DNA of 64,000 nt from Rhodospirillaceae bacterium (lineage in GTDB: Bacteria; Pseudomonadota; Gammaproteobacteria; Steroidobacterales; Rariloculaceae): NCBI GenBank assembly GCA_002718345.1, contig PBDA01000017.1, positions 17,884 to 81,883 on the forward strand, given 5' to 3'. The notes beneath the pieces were generated by a model. That model made no database searches. It was not told where the DNA came from and was given only the letters and a program-made list of their open reading frames with translations. Made by a program: the position numbers and the translations under genes. This document shows positions 61,965-64,000 of the stretch, piece by piece; position 1 is the first letter of the stretch, and each line of letters starts with the position of its first letter.

Positions 61965-63071
61965 ATGGCAAAGAAACGAGTAAAACCCCTAGGTGGTCGA
62001 GTAATTACATTGGAATACAACTCGAAACTCCTGAAAGGTAATCCTTTAGGAGATCCCTATGTGCGTCAGTTAGATATTTGGTTGCCCCCAGGGTATGACG
62101 AGGGAAAAAGCAAAGGACTTGGTAAACGGTATCCTGTTTTGTTTGATCTGGTTGGCTATACAGGCTCAGGAAAGTCACATACTAATTGGAGAAATTTTGA
62201 CGAAAATGTGCCGGAACGTGCTGCACGACTAGTTCACGAAAAGAAAATGGGCGAATGCATTATTGTTTTTCCCGACTGCTTCACAGCACTTGGCGGAAAC
62301 CAATATATCAATTCATCTGCATTAGGGCCTTATGCTCATTATTTAACTAAGGAACTGGTTCCATTTGTTGATAAAGAATTACGGACGCTAGCTACTAGGG
62401 ATCATAGGGGTTGTTTTGGAAAATCATCGGGTGGTTATGGGGCTATGCTCCATGGGATGAAGTATTCAAAGTATTGGGGAGCTATTGCTAACCATTCAGG
62501 AGATGCCTATTTTGATTTTATTTATCGTTGCGATTGGCCTAGTGTTTTAGATTGTCTTTCGTCTCATAGGCGTCGTAAGCGAAAGTCAGGGGTTATTGAG
62601 GTTTCTAGGGAGGAAAGAAATTGCGCGATTGGCTTTGATGATGGCCGTGTAAGTCGTTTTCTGCGTTATGTTTGGAGTACTAATAAATTAACCAATTCTG
62701 AAATTTTAAGTCTTATGATGGTTGCTATGGCTGCCAGCTATGATCCTGACCCAAAAGCACCAAATGGTTTTAGGCTGCCTTTTAATCTGGAAACCGGTGA
62801 AATCATTGCTGAGCGCTGGCAAGAGTGGTTGAAAAGCGATCCTATTAATCTTGTGTCACGTTACAAGAAAAATTTAAATTCGCTTAATGGAATTTTTATC
62901 GATTGCGGTTGGCATGATCAATATCGTATTCATTACGGAACTAGAATACTTTCAAAGAGGTTGGTAAAAGCAGGCATCAGGCATCGTTACGAGGAATTTC
63001 CTGATACGCATTCGGGGATTGATTATCGTATGGACCGGAGCTTGCCGTTTCTATATCAGTCGGTAAAGTGA
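61965..63071 (+). CDS. Esterase-D/enterochelin-esterase-fold 'putative esterase'
   Basis: YPVLFDLVGYTGSG and nucleophile elbow GKSSGGYGA. No signal peptide. Confidence 0.65.
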   Translation: MAKKRVKPLGGRVITLEYNSKLLKGNPLGDPYVRQLDIWLPPGYDEGKSKGLGKRYPVLFDLVGYTGSGKSHTNWRNFDENVPERAARLVHEKKMGECIIVFPDCFTALGGNQYINSSALGPYAHYLTKELVPFVDKELRTLATRDHRGCFGKSSGGYGAMLHGMKYSKYWGAIANHSGDAYFDFIYRCDWPSVLDCLSSHRRRKRKSGVIEVSREERNCAIGFDDGRVSRFLRYVWSTNKLTNSEILSLMMVAMAASYDPDPKAPNGFRLPFNLETGEIIAERWQEWLKSDPINLVSRYKKNLNSLNGIFIDCGWHDQYRIHYGTRILSKRLVKAGIRHRYEEFPDTHSGIDYRMDRSLPFLYQSVK

Positions 63072-63076
63072 TACTT

Positions 63077-63523
63077 ATGAAAAATATTTTGTTTGTTATT
63101 TTTGCTACCTTTGCTGCGCCTGTTCTGTCTCAGCAAAGCGAAAAAAATTCAAATACTCTTTTAGATGAGGTCGAAGAGATTCCAATTGATTTTGATGCAC
63201 CACCTGCAAGTGAGGCGGGTTGTTTTAGCGTTAGAGGAATTCGAAATTTCTCATCACTGCATGATTCGTATTTGTATGTAGAGGGACGCGGAAACACTCA
63301 CTATTTACTTACTATGAACAGAGTGTGTCTGGGGCTGAGAAATGCCCAGGCTGTAGCAATTCAGAACCACAGAGATCGCGTATGCTCTAATAGCCAGGCT
63401 AGTGTTTCTTATCGGGGGGTAGGTGGCCGCATGGAAATCTGTGACATTAAAACAATAGAAAAATTGGAAGATGAGAAAGCAGTGCGTACTCTAGTAAATA
63501 TTCGTACGCGCAGCGGACGGTAA
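63077..63523 (+). CDS. Hypothetical secreted protein with four cysteines
   Basis: ATG 63077 gives MKNILFVIFATFAAPVLS followed by a mature domain with C..C..C..C spacing. I could not confirm a family. Confidence 0.45.
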   Translation: MKNILFVIFATFAAPVLSQQSEKNSNTLLDEVEEIPIDFDAPPASEAGCFSVRGIRNFSSLHDSYLYVEGRGNTHYLLTMNRVCLGLRNAQAVAIQNHRDRVCSNSQASVSYRGVGGRMEICDIKTIEKLEDEKAVRTLVNIRTRSGR

Positions 63524-63578
63524 AATTTAAAAATCTGCCACTTGGTGACAGGTAACTAATAATAAGATGGAGAAAGTT

Positions 63579-64000
63579 ATGCGTAAGTTTATCTTTGGTG
63601 TCGGTGTTGTTTCAGTTCTTGCGGCTTTTTATCTTGGGCGTTTATCTGCTCAGGGTACTGCCACAGGCCCAGCGCCTAGTTGCAACATGTGTGAAGCGGA
63701 TTTTGTTCCCAAAGAGGAACTAGACTCCTATGAGGCGATTTCCGTTGCACAATCGCTTACAGATCAGCAAGTACGTTCTATTGATATCGGCAATGCTAAT
63801 ATTCAAATAGCACTTGCTCGACGAGGGGCACTAGAAAACCCGAATCCCCGTTCTGTTGCTGAACATTCACTTGTTACTGAAGTGTATTATGTGCTGAGTG
63901 GTTCAGGCACTAATAAACTAGGTCCGGATCTAGTTGATAGGCAGCAGCGGCCTGATGACAATAGGGCAGTCCAATTTTTAAATGGCCCCGGGAGTAATTC
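63579..64000 (+). CDS. Hypothetical secreted protein (possible cupin), 3' end off-window
   Basis: Hand translation from the GGAGAAAGTT-ATG start gives MRKFIFGVGVVSVLAAFYLGRLSAQG...TEVYYVLSGSGT.... The ORF is open to nt 64000. Confidence 0.45.
   Translation, partial: MRKFIFGVGVVSVLAAFYLGRLSAQGTATGPAPSCNMCEADFVPKEELDSYEAISVAQSLTDQQVRSIDIGNANIQIALARRGALENPNPRSVAEHSLVTEVYYVLSGSGTNKLGPDLVDRQQRPDDNRAVQFLNGPGSN

Noticed and set aside
1-64000. I looked for CRISPR arrays, IS elements or transposases, integrases, prophage genes, toxin-antitoxin pairs and known defence-system signatures.
   Set aside because: I found no regularly spaced direct repeats, terminal inverted repeats, recombinase motifs or defence-type ATPase/nuclease genes in any frame I inspected.

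Overview
This 64-kb chromosomal window is moderately AT-rich. It looks like a marine heterotrophic Gammaproteobacteria-type genome, based on a YbdG-like MscS channel, RarA, fiu-ybiX synteny, an E. coli-like tRNA-Arg scaffold, and TRAP and TTT transporters; the taxonomy is inference only. I call about 60 protein genes and one tRNA-Arg(TCG). I saw no rRNA, CRISPR array, transposase, integrase or phage genes. Most of the window encodes envelope, transport and small-molecule catabolism functions: PhoD, a sulfatase, amidase, aldehyde dehydrogenase, Ldh_2 oxidoreductase, alpha/beta hydrolases, TRAP dctPQM and a TctA-TctB fusion. The stand-out region is 13.9-31.3 kb, where 15 genes lie on one strand. 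A Fiu-type TonB-dependent receptor and a YbiX/PiuC hydroxylase form the core. They are bracketed by two paralogous CBM9-like/DUF5916-like outer-membrane proteins. Upstream lie four copies of a small secreted module whose mature N-terminus is predicted to start HHS (DUF6152-like), five of the window's six paralogs of a secreted family I cannot name (called family X here), two tandem 4-TM proteins and an extended cyclophilin. Two proteins fuse the HHS module to family X; one sits at 21.5 kb inside the array and the other at 2.4 kb outside it. I consider this a candidate undescribed envelope system, possibly for metal capture or redox chemistry. All family names come from motif recognition by eye and need HMM or structure confirmation. 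Secondary observations include:
- a PhoD gene with a visibly GC-rich core next to the tRNA
- a TRAP operon that continues into a His-rich DUF2946-like protein and an outer-membrane barrel
- a cysteine-less FmdB-like protein
- an M24 hydrolase with an Asp-to-Cys metal-ligand change
- an NRAMP-like transporter lacking DPGN/MPH
- orphan coxS-coxM genes next to a secreted FAH-family protein.
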